Origin: a virus
Taxonomy: Duplodnaviria; Caudoviricetes
DNA length: 59,677 nucleotides
Reading direction: 5' to 3' (one strand)
IMG/VR virus record: IMGVR_UViG_3300035670_000231
Coordinates: 1 to 59,677 of that record
Positions 26,414 through 35,135 of the stretch are shown one piece after another. The notes beneath the pieces were generated by a model that was not told where the DNA came from, ran no database searches, and worked only from the letters and a program-made list of their open reading frames with translations. The first letter of the stretch is position 1. Each line of letters starts with the position of its first letter. The translations under genes were made by a program, and so were the position numbers.

Positions 26414-27177
26414 GACACACCCCGCTCGTACTCCTCGATCTGGCGCAGGGTCTGCCGCTTGAGCGCCGCGGTCCTGGCGGCGTCGCCGTTGCCCTGGCGG
26501 CGGGCCGACCGCTGCCGGCGCAGCAGCTCGCGCAGAGTGCGCAGCCGCTCCAGATGGTGCGCCTTGGTCCCCACGGGCTCGGGGCCCTCCAGCAGCGGCA
26601 CGGCCTCGCGTGGCGCCGGCAGCAGCGCGTCGACCGCGTACTTGGGCAACCGGCCGGCGATGACCGCCTCGCGCACCGCGGCCGAGCGCTGCTCGGGGTC
26701 GTGGCCGAGCGAGGTCACCCAGGCCATGGGCTCCCCCTTGCCGCGGGCCTCGCCGACGATCCGGGTGTAGGCCTCCTTGAACGCCATGCGCGCGCCGACC
26801 TCGTCGCCGATCTGCATCACCGGCCGGGCGATCGCCCAGGCGGCGCAGATCTCGTCTGTCCAGACCACGGTGGCCGCCTCGTCCATGCCGCGGATGGCGA
26901 TCGACCACGCCTCCTCGGGCCCGGGCCGGCCGTCGTTGGCCGCCCGGCCATGCAGTTGCGCCAAGATGTCGGCCGGGGTCGGCACAAAGCGGCCGCGCTC
27001 GGGATCGCGGACGTGGGCGTCGAAGGCCTGCCGCACCTGCTCGAACGTGTAGGGCTGGAGAGCGCGGAAAAAGATCGCCGTGCTCACCTCGTTGGGCTGG
27101 TAGCTGCCGCGGCTGAGCAGCCCGCACACGGCATCCAGCATCGTGCCGAACGGCACCAGATCGCGGTCAATGTCCAT
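26410..27177 (-). CDS. Putative helicase loader / replication accessory protein
   Basis: FVPTPADI..GRPGPEEAW..ARMAFKEAY; follows initiator. Confidence 0.7.
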   Translation of the reverse strand: MDIDRDLVPFGTMLDAVCGLLSRGSYQPNEVSTAIFFRALQPYTFEQVRQAFDAHVRDPERGRFVPTPADILAQLHGRAANDGRPGPEEAWSIAIRGMDEAATVVWTDEICAAWAIARPVMQIGDEVGARMAFKEAYTRIVGEARGKGEPMAWVTSLGHDPEQRSAAVREAVIAGRLPKYAVDALLPAPREAVPLLEGPEPVGTKAHHLERLRTLRELLRRQRSARRQGNGDAARTAALKRQTLRQIEEYERGVS

Positions 27178-28045
27178 GGGTCACCTCGATGATCGATGCT
27201 CCGAGCAGGTCGCGGACGCGGGCCATCTTGGCCAGCGTGTCGGCCGGTTGCGGCGACGGCTTGCTCGTGGGCTTGGCGTTGCGGCACCAGTTGCGCCACG
27301 TGGCCTGCCAGTCGAGCTTGGTGGCGTCCTTGCCGGACTTGGCGCACCAGTAGTCTCGGAACTTGGCCGCCTCGGTCCGCACCTGATCGGCCGGCATGCC
27401 CAGCTCGTCCACGGACCACTCGCCCCAGGCCTTGGGCAGGACCCAGTCTTGGGCGAGCCGCGCCCCGCGGCTCGGGCTTGCGGCGCCAACACTGTTGGCC
27501 GCCGAAGTCTGGTCTTCGGTCCCGGTACTGGTTCCGGTTCCGGTTCCGGTGGCGGATTCCTGGCGGAGTCCTGCGCCTGTCCCGCGGGACAACCCCGGGA
27601 CATCGTCGGGATCACCAAAGGATTCGCCAGGACCGCCGAGGTCTTCCGGTGGGATTCCAGCGGGCTTGCGCGCCCGTGCCAGGGCTTTCCGGTCGGATTC
27701 CTTGCGACGGCGCTCCATCATCTCGCGCACCCGCTCGACCAGGGTGTGGTGATAGAGCCGGCCGTCATCGGCCAGCCACCAGCCGCGCAGCAGGACCTCG
27801 CGCATGCCGGACCACTGCTCCGGTGGGATCCGGCACTTGGCGCGAATGATCTGCTCGTCGTTGGGCAGGCTGCCGCAGGGCGTCTGCTGCCACGCCACCA
27901 TCCACAGCATGAGCAGCGCCGGCTGCGCCATGGGGATCTCGGCGGCGAGGTCCCAGGTATCGGACTGGGCGATCCGCTCGTAGTCCAGCTCGAAGCGCCA
28001 GCCCTTGGCGCGAGTGTCGGATGTATAAGGCGCCGGGGCGGTCAT
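27167..28045 (-). CDS. Replication initiator (DUF1376/YdaU-like N-domain)
   Basis: WQQTPCGSLPNDE..DGRLYH; C-terminal KFRDYW..KLDWQATWRNW. Confidence 0.8.
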   Translation of the reverse strand: MTAPAPYTSDTRAKGWRFELDYERIAQSDTWDLAAEIPMAQPALLMLWMVAWQQTPCGSLPNDEQIIRAKCRIPPEQWSGMREVLLRGWWLADDGRLYHHTLVERVREMMERRRKESDRKALARARKPAGIPPEDLGGPGESFGDPDDVPGLSRGTGAGLRQESATGTGTGTSTGTEDQTSAANSVGAASPSRGARLAQDWVLPKAWGEWSVDELGMPADQVRTEAAKFRDYWCAKSGKDATKLDWQATWRNWCRNAKPTSKPSPQPADTLAKMARVRDLLGASIIEVTHGH

Positions 28046-28108
28046 GGCCTTCCCCAATGGCGCGAGATGTCTGGCATGTTGCCTACCCTCACAGCCCCCC
28101 CATGAAGT

Positions 28109-28167
28109 CGGCGTGGCCAGGGCAGGGAGGGTGCACCGCCTTTTCGCCCCGTCGGGCTAGGCCGCCG
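28109..28167 (-). ncRNA. Candidate structured RNA leader upstream of initiator
   Basis: Outer stem enclosing two hairpins joined by GAAAA. Confidence 0.4.
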
Positions 28168-28279
28168 AACACCGGCTTGCGCCGGGCCACCGGGACACCC
28201 CGGCCGCGACGCGACGATACCATCCCGGTGTCATGCCAACCAGCCGGATGACATGCCAATGACATGCGGCGACCGTCGG

Positions 28280-28648
28280 TTATTCGGTCTCGAAGACCTC
28301 GATGCCGTGTAAGGCCTTGAGCAGCTTAACCTTCAGTCGGTATGTGGGCTCACGCCGGGTTATCGCGGACTTGACATCTTCGACCACGATCCGCCCCCGG
28401 TCGCGATAGCGGAAGTCGGCGACGTAGGTGCAGATGAGCTGATCGTTGACCAGCATGGGGTAGCGGATCTGCCGCTCAAGCTCGGCAATAAGCCCGGCAC
28501 GCTGCAGCAGCTTCAACTCACCCCATCGTGCCGCCTCGCGCTTGGAATCAAACCGAAAGCCGTCTACGACAACCGCCGTAGCCCCATATTTGTTGCGGCC
28601 GGGCACGGTCTTGCGAAACATGGAAGACAGGCTCGTTTTTTCTTCCAA
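28280..28648 (-). CDS. DUF1064-family PD-(D/E)xK endonuclease
   Basis: NKYGA..DGFRFDSKREA..YVADFRY..VEDVK. Confidence 0.88.
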   Translation of the reverse strand: MEEKTSLSSMFRKTVPGRNKYGATAVVVDGFRFDSKREAARWGELKLLQRAGLIAELERQIRYPMLVNDQLICTYVADFRYRDRGRIVVEDVKSAITRREPTYRLKVKLLKALHGIEVFETE

Positions 28649-28695
28649 GACAGCCTCTTCGCGAAAAGATCTGATTCTTTCACACAGCTAAGCAC

Positions 28696-28746
28696 TATCA
28701 TCCGACGGATAAAAGGCTAGCAGGACTATCACGGCGATGACATACT
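28696..28746 (+). promoter_or_regulatory. Two operator-A-like sites plus extended -10
   Basis: TATCAtccgacGGATA, TATCAcggcgaTGACA, TGa-CATACT in a divergent intergenic gap. Confidence 0.55.
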
Positions 28747-28773
28747 GCAGCCTCGAACAACACGGAGCCGCAG

Positions 28774-29790
28774 ATGCCATCCATCCACGTCGAATCCGAA
28801 GCCGAGTGGCTCGCTCTCCGCGAGCAGCACGTCGGCGGCAGCGAGATCGCCTCGCTCTTCTACCTTTGGGCCACACCCACCGGCGAGCGCGTCTTCCACC
28901 TCTACGAGGCCCCGCCCGAGGGATCGGTGATCCTGGAGTGCCTCTCCAGCTTCAAGAGCGGCTACCGGCTCTGGCTGGAGAAGTCCGGCATGGTCAAGCC
29001 CGAGAGCCTCGACGGCGTCGAGCGCGTGGAGGCCGGCAAGTTCATCGAGCCGGCCCTGGCCGCCTGGGCCACATCGAAGTGGGACGGCTGGAAGCTGCGC
29101 AAGGTCCGGCGCTACCTCACCCACCCCAGGGTCAAGGGCTGGGGCTGCTCGCTGGACTACGAGGTCCACGAGCCCGGCATGCCGCCGGTCGAGTTCAAGA
29201 ACGTCGACTTCTTGATCTTCCGCCGCGACTGGACCGCCGACGGCGAGGAGATCCTCGTCCCGCCGATCAAGTACATGCTACAGCTGCAGGCGCAGATCGG
29301 CGTCTCCGATGCCGAGCACGGCTGGGTCGTGGCCTGCGTCGGCGGGAACGATCTGAAGCGCGGCCGGATCGAGCGGCACGGGCCCACCCAGGACAAGATC
29401 GAGGACGCGATCCAAGCCTTCTGGCAGGGCGTCGCCACCGGCGAGCCGCCGGCCCTGGTGGCCGACTACGACGCGATCGCCGAGCAGTACCGCTTCGGCC
29501 AGAAGATCGGGGCCAAGGACCCGGGCCTGGACCTGCGCGCCGACAACACCCTTCCGATGCTCTGCCGGCAGTACCTGCGCCGCAAACGCCACCTCGCCCG
29601 CGTCGAGGCATTCACCGACAACACCAAGGCGCGGATCGCCGCCCTCATGGGCGACGGCCCGCGGGCCCGCGCATCGGGCTTCAAGATCTCCTGGCCGGTC
29701 ATCGAGCGCCCGGCCAAGCAGATCCCCGCACGCTGGCAGGACGCCAGCACCTACCGTGGCGCTCTCACCGTAACTCCCCTCGAAGACTGA
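28774..29790 (+). CDS. YqaJ-like viral recombination exonuclease
   Basis: WLALR..VGGSE..CSLD..VEFK..YMLQLQAQ. Confidence 0.88.
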   Translation: MPSIHVESEAEWLALREQHVGGSEIASLFYLWATPTGERVFHLYEAPPEGSVILECLSSFKSGYRLWLEKSGMVKPESLDGVERVEAGKFIEPALAAWATSKWDGWKLRKVRRYLTHPRVKGWGCSLDYEVHEPGMPPVEFKNVDFLIFRRDWTADGEEILVPPIKYMLQLQAQIGVSDAEHGWVVACVGGNDLKRGRIERHGPTQDKIEDAIQAFWQGVATGEPPALVADYDAIAEQYRFGQKIGAKDPGLDLRADNTLPMLCRQYLRRKRHLARVEAFTDNTKARIAALMGDGPRARASGFKISWPVIERPAKQIPARWQDASTYRGALTVTPLED

Positions 29791-29793
29791 CCC

Positions 29794-30960
29794 ATGAACG
29801 ACCTCGTCTCCAACCCCTTCGCGGCACCGGCCGCCAAACCCCAGAACGGCGCCCTCGCCCAGGCCGGCGAGCAGCGAGTCATCGCCGAGGTGCAGGCGAT
29901 GCTGGTCATCGCCAAGAAGTTCCCCCGCGACGAGCGCGCGGCCGTGGACAAGATCCTGAACGCCTTCACCCGGCCGTCGCTCTGCGAGGTGGCGAAGTAC
30001 CAGTACAGCCGCGGCGGCTCGGACGTCGACGGGCCGTCGATCCGCTCGGCCGAGGCCATCGCCCAACTCTGGGGCAACATCGAATTCGGCTTCCGCGAGA
30101 TCGGCCGCGGCGTCGGGCCGGACGGTGCCGGCTTCTCCGAGGTCGAGGCCTACGCCTGGGACATGCAGAGCATGACCCGCCGGCCGGCGCACTTCCGCGT
30201 CCGGCACTGGCGCGACACCAAGAAGGGCGGCTACCCGATCACGGACGAGCGCGACATCTACGAGCTGGTCGCCAATCAGGCGCAGCGCCGGGTCCGCGCC
30301 TGCATCCTGGCGATCATCCCGGGCGACGTCATCGAGGCCGCCATGTCGCAGGCCGAGGCCACGCTGCGCACCAAGGCCGACACCAGCCCCGAGGCCATGG
30401 TCAAGATGCTCGAAGCCTTCGCGGCCTTCGCCGTCACCAAGGAGCAGATCGAGAAGCGCATCCAGCGCCGGCTCGACGCCATCCAGCCCGCCCAGGTCGT
30501 GAGCCTGAAGAAGATCTACGCCAGCCTGCGCGACGGCATGAGCACGCCGGCCGAGTGGTTCGAGACCGAGGAGGCGCCGGCCGCGACCCCGCCCGCGGTC
30601 AAGACCGCCGACAAGGCCCTCGACGCCTTCGCCGGCAGCAAGCCCACACCGACCCCCAAGCCGACCCCGAAGCCGGCCAAGGAGCCAGCCGCGGAGCCGG
30701 CCATCGATCCGGCGACCGGCGAGGTCCTGGCGGTGCCCGAGATCCCCGAGGAGGCCATGCTGGCCTGGGTCGACGAGCAGAAGTGGATGCCGGCCTGGAA
30801 GTGGATCGGCATGAACCTGACGGCGATGCCGCAGGAGGTGCGCGGCGCCTTCGTCGCCGACAACCTGCAGATCATCCAGGCCGTGGCCGCCCACAACGAG
30901 AAGTACGCCAAGGCGGTCCGCGAGCTGATGGCGCAAGCCGGGGTGGCCTATGGCGACTGA
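29794..30960 (+). CDS. Putative single-strand annealing protein
   Basis: Follows YqaJ; AKKFPRDE..GPSIRSAE..WGN; DPATGEV tail. Confidence 0.65.
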   Translation: MNDLVSNPFAAPAAKPQNGALAQAGEQRVIAEVQAMLVIAKKFPRDERAAVDKILNAFTRPSLCEVAKYQYSRGGSDVDGPSIRSAEAIAQLWGNIEFGFREIGRGVGPDGAGFSEVEAYAWDMQSMTRRPAHFRVRHWRDTKKGGYPITDERDIYELVANQAQRRVRACILAIIPGDVIEAAMSQAEATLRTKADTSPEAMVKMLEAFAAFAVTKEQIEKRIQRRLDAIQPAQVVSLKKIYASLRDGMSTPAEWFETEEAPAATPPAVKTADKALDAFAGSKPTPTPKPTPKPAKEPAAEPAIDPATGEVLAVPEIPEEAMLAWVDEQKWMPAWKWIGMNLTAMPQEVRGAFVADNLQIIQAVAAHNEKYAKAVRELMAQAGVAYGD

Positions 30961-31222
30961 CCGCACCGCGCCCGAAACCGTCCCGGTGGCGAGGAGCCCG
31001 GAGAACGCGGCCCTGGGCAACCGGTTCCGCGAGGTCCGGCGCCGGCAGAAGGTCGGGCTCCTGGCCCTGGCCAAGGCCCTGGGCTGCTCGCTCAACACCG
31101 TCCGCTGGCACGAGGCCGGGGCGCGCATGCTGCGCCTCGACCACGTGGTCCAGGCAGCCGGCATCATGGGCGTCCAGCCCGTCGAACTTCTCCCCGAACG
31201 CGACGAGGAGCCCCACCCATGA
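30950..31222 (+). CDS. XRE-family HTH regulator
   Basis: RFREVRRRQKVGLLALAKALGCSLNTVRWHEAG. Confidence 0.85.
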   Translation: MATDRTAPETVPVARSPENAALGNRFREVRRRQKVGLLALAKALGCSLNTVRWHEAGARMLRLDHVVQAAGIMGVQPVELLPERDEEPHP

Positions 31223-31428
31223 GCAGCCCCAAGACCACGGCCAAGCGGCCGAACGCCGACCACGTGATCATGGACCTCGTGACCCAGGAGTTCCGCTGCC
31301 GGCACTGCGGCCTGACTTACAAGCCGACCCTGCCGTCCAGCATCGGCCTGTTCGTCGCCATCTCCCGGCAGTTCACGGCCGAGCACCTGCGCTGCCCGGC
31401 GCCGGTCAACGTGGAGCGCCGAGCGTGA
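31219..31428 (+). CDS. Small zinc-binding protein
   Basis: CRHCG..H..C; GAGGAG RBS. Confidence 0.7.
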   Translation: MSSPKTTAKRPNADHVIMDLVTQEFRCRHCGLTYKPTLPSSIGLFVAISRQFTAEHLRCPAPVNVERRA

Positions 31429-32033
31429 CCGTGCCCCAGGGCGAGGCCGGCCGGCTCAAGGCCTACACCGTGAGCGACGACGAGAACGCCTGCGTCGCCT
31501 TCGCGGTGAGCAATGCGCCGGCCAGGGTCCTCGGCGCGCGGGAGCTGAACACCGACTGGGAGGCCGTCACCTGCGTCCGGGCCCCGCACTTCGACGGCTA
31601 CGCACCCGGACCGGTGCCCCAGCGCGCCCTCTACGAGTTTGGCTGGTGGTTCGAGTGCGGCCACTGCGGCCACCGCGTGGGGCTCGACGAGTACCACGAG
31701 GACCGCTGCGACGACGAGGGCCACGACGCCCCGCCCGAGGCCTTCGGCTTCGTCGAGCGCGGCCGCCGGGTCTACTGCAGCCCGGCCTGCCTCGCCCGCG
31801 AGGACGCCGAGCGCAGCGATCGCGACCGCCGGCTGGCGGCGATCATCGAGGCCACGGCCATGCACTGGCCGATGGCGCAGCAGATCCAGCCATCCAGCGG
31901 CTACGCTTCGGACCGGATTGGGGCCTTCTTCCACCTGCCGGGGCTGCTCGGCAGCGTGCGCTGGGAGATCGGCCAGAAGGACGTCTGGGTCGAGGCCCGC
32001 GACGTCGACGCCTTTCGGAGACTCTACGCATGA
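31425..32033 (+). CDS. Zinc-binding hypothetical protein
   Basis: LKAY.V..GWWFECGHCG..YCSPAC; GTGA coupled. Confidence 0.75.
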   Translation: MTVPQGEAGRLKAYTVSDDENACVAFAVSNAPARVLGARELNTDWEAVTCVRAPHFDGYAPGPVPQRALYEFGWWFECGHCGHRVGLDEYHEDRCDDEGHDAPPEAFGFVERGRRVYCSPACLAREDAERSDRDRRLAAIIEATAMHWPMAQQIQPSSGYASDRIGAFFHLPGLLGSVRWEIGQKDVWVEARDVDAFRRLYA

Positions 32034-32281
32034 GCATCCACGTTCACGCGCCGCAACCGATCGAGGACGCGGCCATGGTCATCGACTGCCCGACCTGTGA
32101 GCGGCAGCGCCGGGCGCACTGCCGGCTGTTCGAGTGGTACGGCGCCAGCGTCACCTGCGCCGGCTGCGGCGACCGCTGGCACGACGGCGAGCGGCAGGAG
32201 CGGCCGTTCGCGCCCGGATGGCGACAGGCCAGCATCCGCCGCGTCCGCGCAGCGCTCTCCGCCTTGGGTGTCCCGGCGTGA
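32030..32281 (+). CDS. Zinc-ribbon protein
   Basis: CPTC..CAGCGD. Confidence 0.75.
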   Translation: MSIHVHAPQPIEDAAMVIDCPTCERQRRAHCRLFEWYGASVTCAGCGDRWHDGERQERPFAPGWRQASIRRVRAALSALGVPA

Positions 32282-32360
32282 GCGCCGCCATCGGCGAGGC
32301 CCTGCGCGACCAGGGCATCGAGCGCGTCGCCATGGGCAAGGAGGAGTGGCTCGCCGCCGC
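32278..32360 (+). pseudogene. 5' fragment of gene interrupted by the MTase cassette
   Basis: MSAAIGEALRDQGIERVAMGKEEWLAA; joins in frame to 34110..34320. Confidence 0.6.
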
Positions 32361-32468
32361 TGTTGGCAGAGCAACTGCACTTCGGGGCCTGCTATGGATG
32401 ACATCCTGCTGGCCCTGTACGCCACCCTGGCGCTGCTGCTGCTCACCACGCCGTTCTGAGTGATTCAA

Positions 32469-33851
32469 ATGACCGACCTATTCACGTTTGGCAGCGTGTG
32501 CAGCGGCATCGAAGCCGCCAGTGTGGCGTGGCACCCGCTTGGGTGGCGGGCCGCGTGGCTGGCAGAGATTGAGCCGTTCCCTTCGGCGGTGCTGAAGCAC
32601 CACTACCCCGGGGTGCCCAACCTAGGCGACATGACCACGCTGCCGGATCGCATTCGCAGCGGCGAGGTGGAGGCCCCCAATCTGTTCTGCGGTGGTACAC
32701 CCTGCCAAGCGTTCAGCGTGGCCGGCCTGCGCCGGTCACTTGACGATGCGCGCGGCAACCTGTCGCTTACCTTCTGCGAGATCGCTGATGCAATTGACTC
32801 TGTTCGACGAGCCGCCGGCAAGCCTGCCAGCATCATCTTCTGGGAGAACGTCCCAGGAGTTCTTTCAACCGCAGACAACGCCTTCGGGTGCTTCCTCGGG
32901 GCGCTTGCTGGATGCGATTCCCCCGTCTTTTTGGGCGGTCGATGGACAGACGCGGGTGTGGTTGCTGGCCCCCAAAGAACAGTCGCGTGGCGCATCCTTG
33001 ATGCCCAATATTTCGGCTTGGCCCAACGACGCCGACGTGTGTTCGTTGTCGCAAGTGCTCGAGACGGGTTTGATCCCGCATCGGTTCTTTTTGAGTGGGA
33101 AGGCCTGCGCCGGGATTCTGCGCCGAGCAGAGAAGCGAGGCAAGGCACTACCCGAGGCGCTTCGGCAGGCGCTGGAAGCGGTATCGACTTCCAAAACGCA
33201 GCCCTAAGCGGCGATTTAGCGGGCACGTTGGACGCCGAAGGCCAGAAGCGCGGCAATCGTGGTCACGGCATCTTGGCCTTCGGTGGTGGCCAGAACTGCG
33301 CTCAGACTGACGTCAGCACCTCGCTGAGCGCCCATCCAGGAGGTTCAAGGCTGGACTTCCAGACAGAGACGTTCGTCACCCACTCCCTGCGCGGTGAAGG
33401 CTTCGACGCCAGCGAGGACGGCACGGGGCGAGGGACGCCTCTGGTGCCGGTGGCCTTCCACCCCACGCAAGACCCGATCAGCAGCACCGATGTCTGCCAT
33501 GCCATTGGCACGGGCAACGGGCAGGGGTGTGCGACGGCGGCAGTGGCGTTGCGTGGTCGTGATGGTGGCGCCACGGCAGAGCTTGGAGACGACGCTGCGT
33601 TTGCCTTGCGGGCGTCCAGCGGTGGTGGTGACAAGCCGCACGTTTTGGCTGCCATGCAAGTCCGCCGCCTCACTCCGCGCGAGTGCGAGCGCCTGCAGGG
33701 CTTCCCCGACAACTATACGGCCATCCCCTGGCGCGGCAAGCCGGCCGACCAGTGCCCCGACGGCCCGCGCTACAAGGCGCTGGGCAACTCTTGGGCCGTG
33801 CCGGTGGTGCGCTGGATCGGGCGCAGGATAGCGGCAGCGCTGCCGACATGA
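32469..33851 (+). CDS. C5 cytosine DNA methyltransferase
   Basis: CSGI, GGTPCQ, WENVPG, QRRRR, RRLTPRECERLQGFPD, LGNS. Confidence 0.95.
   Translation: MTDLFTFGSVCSGIEAASVAWHPLGWRAAWLAEIEPFPSAVLKHHYPGVPNLGDMTTLPDRIRSGEVEAPNLFCGGTPCQAFSVAGLRRSLDDARGNLSLTFCEIADAIDSVRRAAGKPASIIFWENVPGVLSTADNAFGCFLGALAGCDSPVFLGGRWTDAGVVAGPQRTVAWRILDAQYFGLAQRRRRVFVVASARDGFDPASVLFEWEGLRRDSAPSREARQGTTRGASAGAGSGIDFQNAALSGDLAGTLDAEGQKRGNRGHGILAFGGGQNCAQTDVSTSLSAHPGGSRLDFQTETFVTHSLRGEGFDASEDGTGRGTPLVPVAFHPTQDPISSTDVCHAIGTGNGQGCATAAVALRGRDGGATAELGDDAAFALRASSGGGDKPHVLAAMQVRRLTPRECERLQGFPDNYTAIPWRGKPADQCPDGPRYKALGNSWAVPVVRWIGRRIAAALPT
32788..33207 (+). CDS. Nested alternative-frame ORF within the C5-MTase (EcoHK31I beta-like)
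   Basis: MQLTLF..CSLSQVLET..FLSGKACAGILRRAEKRGKALPEAL. Confidence 0.6.
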   Translation: MQLTLFDEPPASLPASSSGRTSQEFFQPQTTPSGASSGRLLDAIPPSFWAVDGQTRVWLLAPKEQSRGASLMPNISAWPNDADVCSLSQVLETGLIPHRFFLSGKACAGILRRAEKRGKALPEALRQALEAVSTSKTQP

Positions 33852-33880
33852 CCGCCGCTTAGCGCCTGAAGGAGATCGAC

Positions 33881-34109
33881 ATGTTCGTAGCACGCTACCC
33901 GGGCCGATGCGCCCGCACAGGGGCCCAGATCGCCCCAGGAGACACGATCGCGTCCGCAGGCAGGGGTAGGTACTACCTCGTGGCTCGCGCCGCTCCTGCG
34001 GCCTCTGACGATCCCGTCGACCCGGACGGCGCCCTGGGTGCGTCCGTCGACGAGACGCTGGACCCCCGGGACGAGGCCACGATCGCCGCCGGCCGCTACC
34101 TGCGCCGCG
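33881..34109 (+). pseudogene. Truncated gene at right edge of inserted cassette
   Basis: AAGGAG RBS; MFVARYPGRCARTG; reads off-frame into the resident gene after ~34109. Confidence 0.5.
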
Positions 34110-34320
34110 CGCCGCCGTTCTCAAGCGCGCCACCGAGCGCGGCGAGGTCAGCGCCGACGACCTCTACGACGCCTGTCCGCCGCCGCCCGGCACCCACCCG
34201 AACCTCGTGGGCGCCGTGTTCCGCCGCCTCGGGCTGCGTGTGCTGCGCATGGCCAAGAGCCGGCGGACGGCCGCGCATGCCCGTCTGATCCCGATCTACG
34301 GCCCGCTCGATGCGCCGTGA
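34110..34320 (+). pseudogene. 3' fragment of the interrupted gene
   Basis: Start-less frame AAVLKRATERGEVSADDL..HPNLVGAVF..AHARLIPIY*. Confidence 0.6.
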
Positions 34321-34344
34321 GCTGAACGGCACAGCCGCCAGGGC

Positions 34345-34371
34345 AAAAAACGGGCCGCACAAAGCGGCCCG
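34345..34371 (-). terminator. Rho-independent terminator of late/lysis operon
   Basis: 8-bp stem CGGGCCGC/GCGGCCCG followed by U6 on minus strand. Confidence 0.85.
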
Positions 34372-34607
34372 AACGTCTCAAGGAGCAGATCCCCATCTAA
34401 CCCACGGGCCGATTCTGACACCGCCCGCGGCGCTTGTGCGAACCCGCGATCAGACGTCGTCCGGCTGGCGCAGCAGCGACACCGGCACCTCGGCCACGTC
34501 GCCGTCGAGGAACGCCACCAGCAGCCCGGGATCCGCCCGGCAGGGCCATGCCCAAGGCCAGCAGGAGGGCGGACGGGCGCATGGCGGTCTCCGGTAGGGG
34601 TAAGGGC

Positions 34608-35135
34608 TCAGTCGGGCGGCACGGCGCCGCTCAGCGCGTCGTGGGCCCGCTCGCAGGCCGCGCCTGCGGCACCTCGGGCATCGGCCACGGCAGCAAGCTC
34701 TCGGCCAGCCGCTTCCAGCCGTCCGAGCACGTCGGCGAGCACAGCGCCGGGGTCGCCGGCTGCCGCGCCTGCGGCGGCAGCGCCGGCACCACGGCCGGCG
34801 ACGGCGCACTGGCGGGCGTAGACCTCGGCGCGCTGCCGCAGGCTGTCACCAGCAGCGCGAGCAAGACGGGCGTCAGCACGCGCACGCTCGATCTGCTGCT
34901 GGCTCTCGGTGGCGATCCGGTCATGGCGGGTCCTCCAGTCGTTCTCAATCCGCCGCGCCTGCTCGGCCAGCTCCGCCCGCTCCGTCGCCCAGGCCGCCCG
35001 CTCTTCAGCAAGCACCCTCTGAGCCTCAGAAACGGCCCTCAGGGCGTTCTGACGGTCGAGGTAGAGGTACAGGCAGGCCGCGGCCAGAAAAAGGGCCACA
35101 GCGCCCGCTGCAGCGGCCCAGACCCGGTCGATCAT
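34608..35135 (-). CDS. Rz: Inner-membrane spanin
   Basis: N-terminal TM, coiled coil, C-terminal ACERA; follows endolysin. Confidence 0.85.
   Translation of the reverse strand: MIDRVWAAAAGAVALFLAAACLYLYLDRQNALRAVSEAQRVLAEERAAWATERAELAEQARRIENDWRTRHDRIATESQQQIERARADARLARAAGDSLRQRAEVYARQCAVAGRGAGAAAAGAAAGDPGAVLADVLGRLEAAGRELAAVADARGAAGAACERAHDALSGAVPPD
34631..34885 (-). CDS. Rz1: Outer-membrane spanin lipoprotein, embedded in Rz
   Basis: LLALLVTA-C lipobox, Pro-rich, alternate frame. Confidence 0.75.
   Translation of the reverse strand: MRVLTPVLLALLVTACGSAPRSTPASAPSPAVVPALPPQARQPATPALCSPTCSDGWKRLAESLLPWPMPEVPQARPASGPTTR

Noticed and set aside
27525-27550. GGTTCC tandem repeat as replication iterons
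   Set aside because: Encodes the TGTGTG linker of the initiator; an origin role cannot be supported from sequence alone
28737-32033. 1098-aa ORF in the track
   Set aside because: Off-frame Arg/Pro-rich read-through over the YqaJ, annealase and XRE genes; only 31425..32033 looks real
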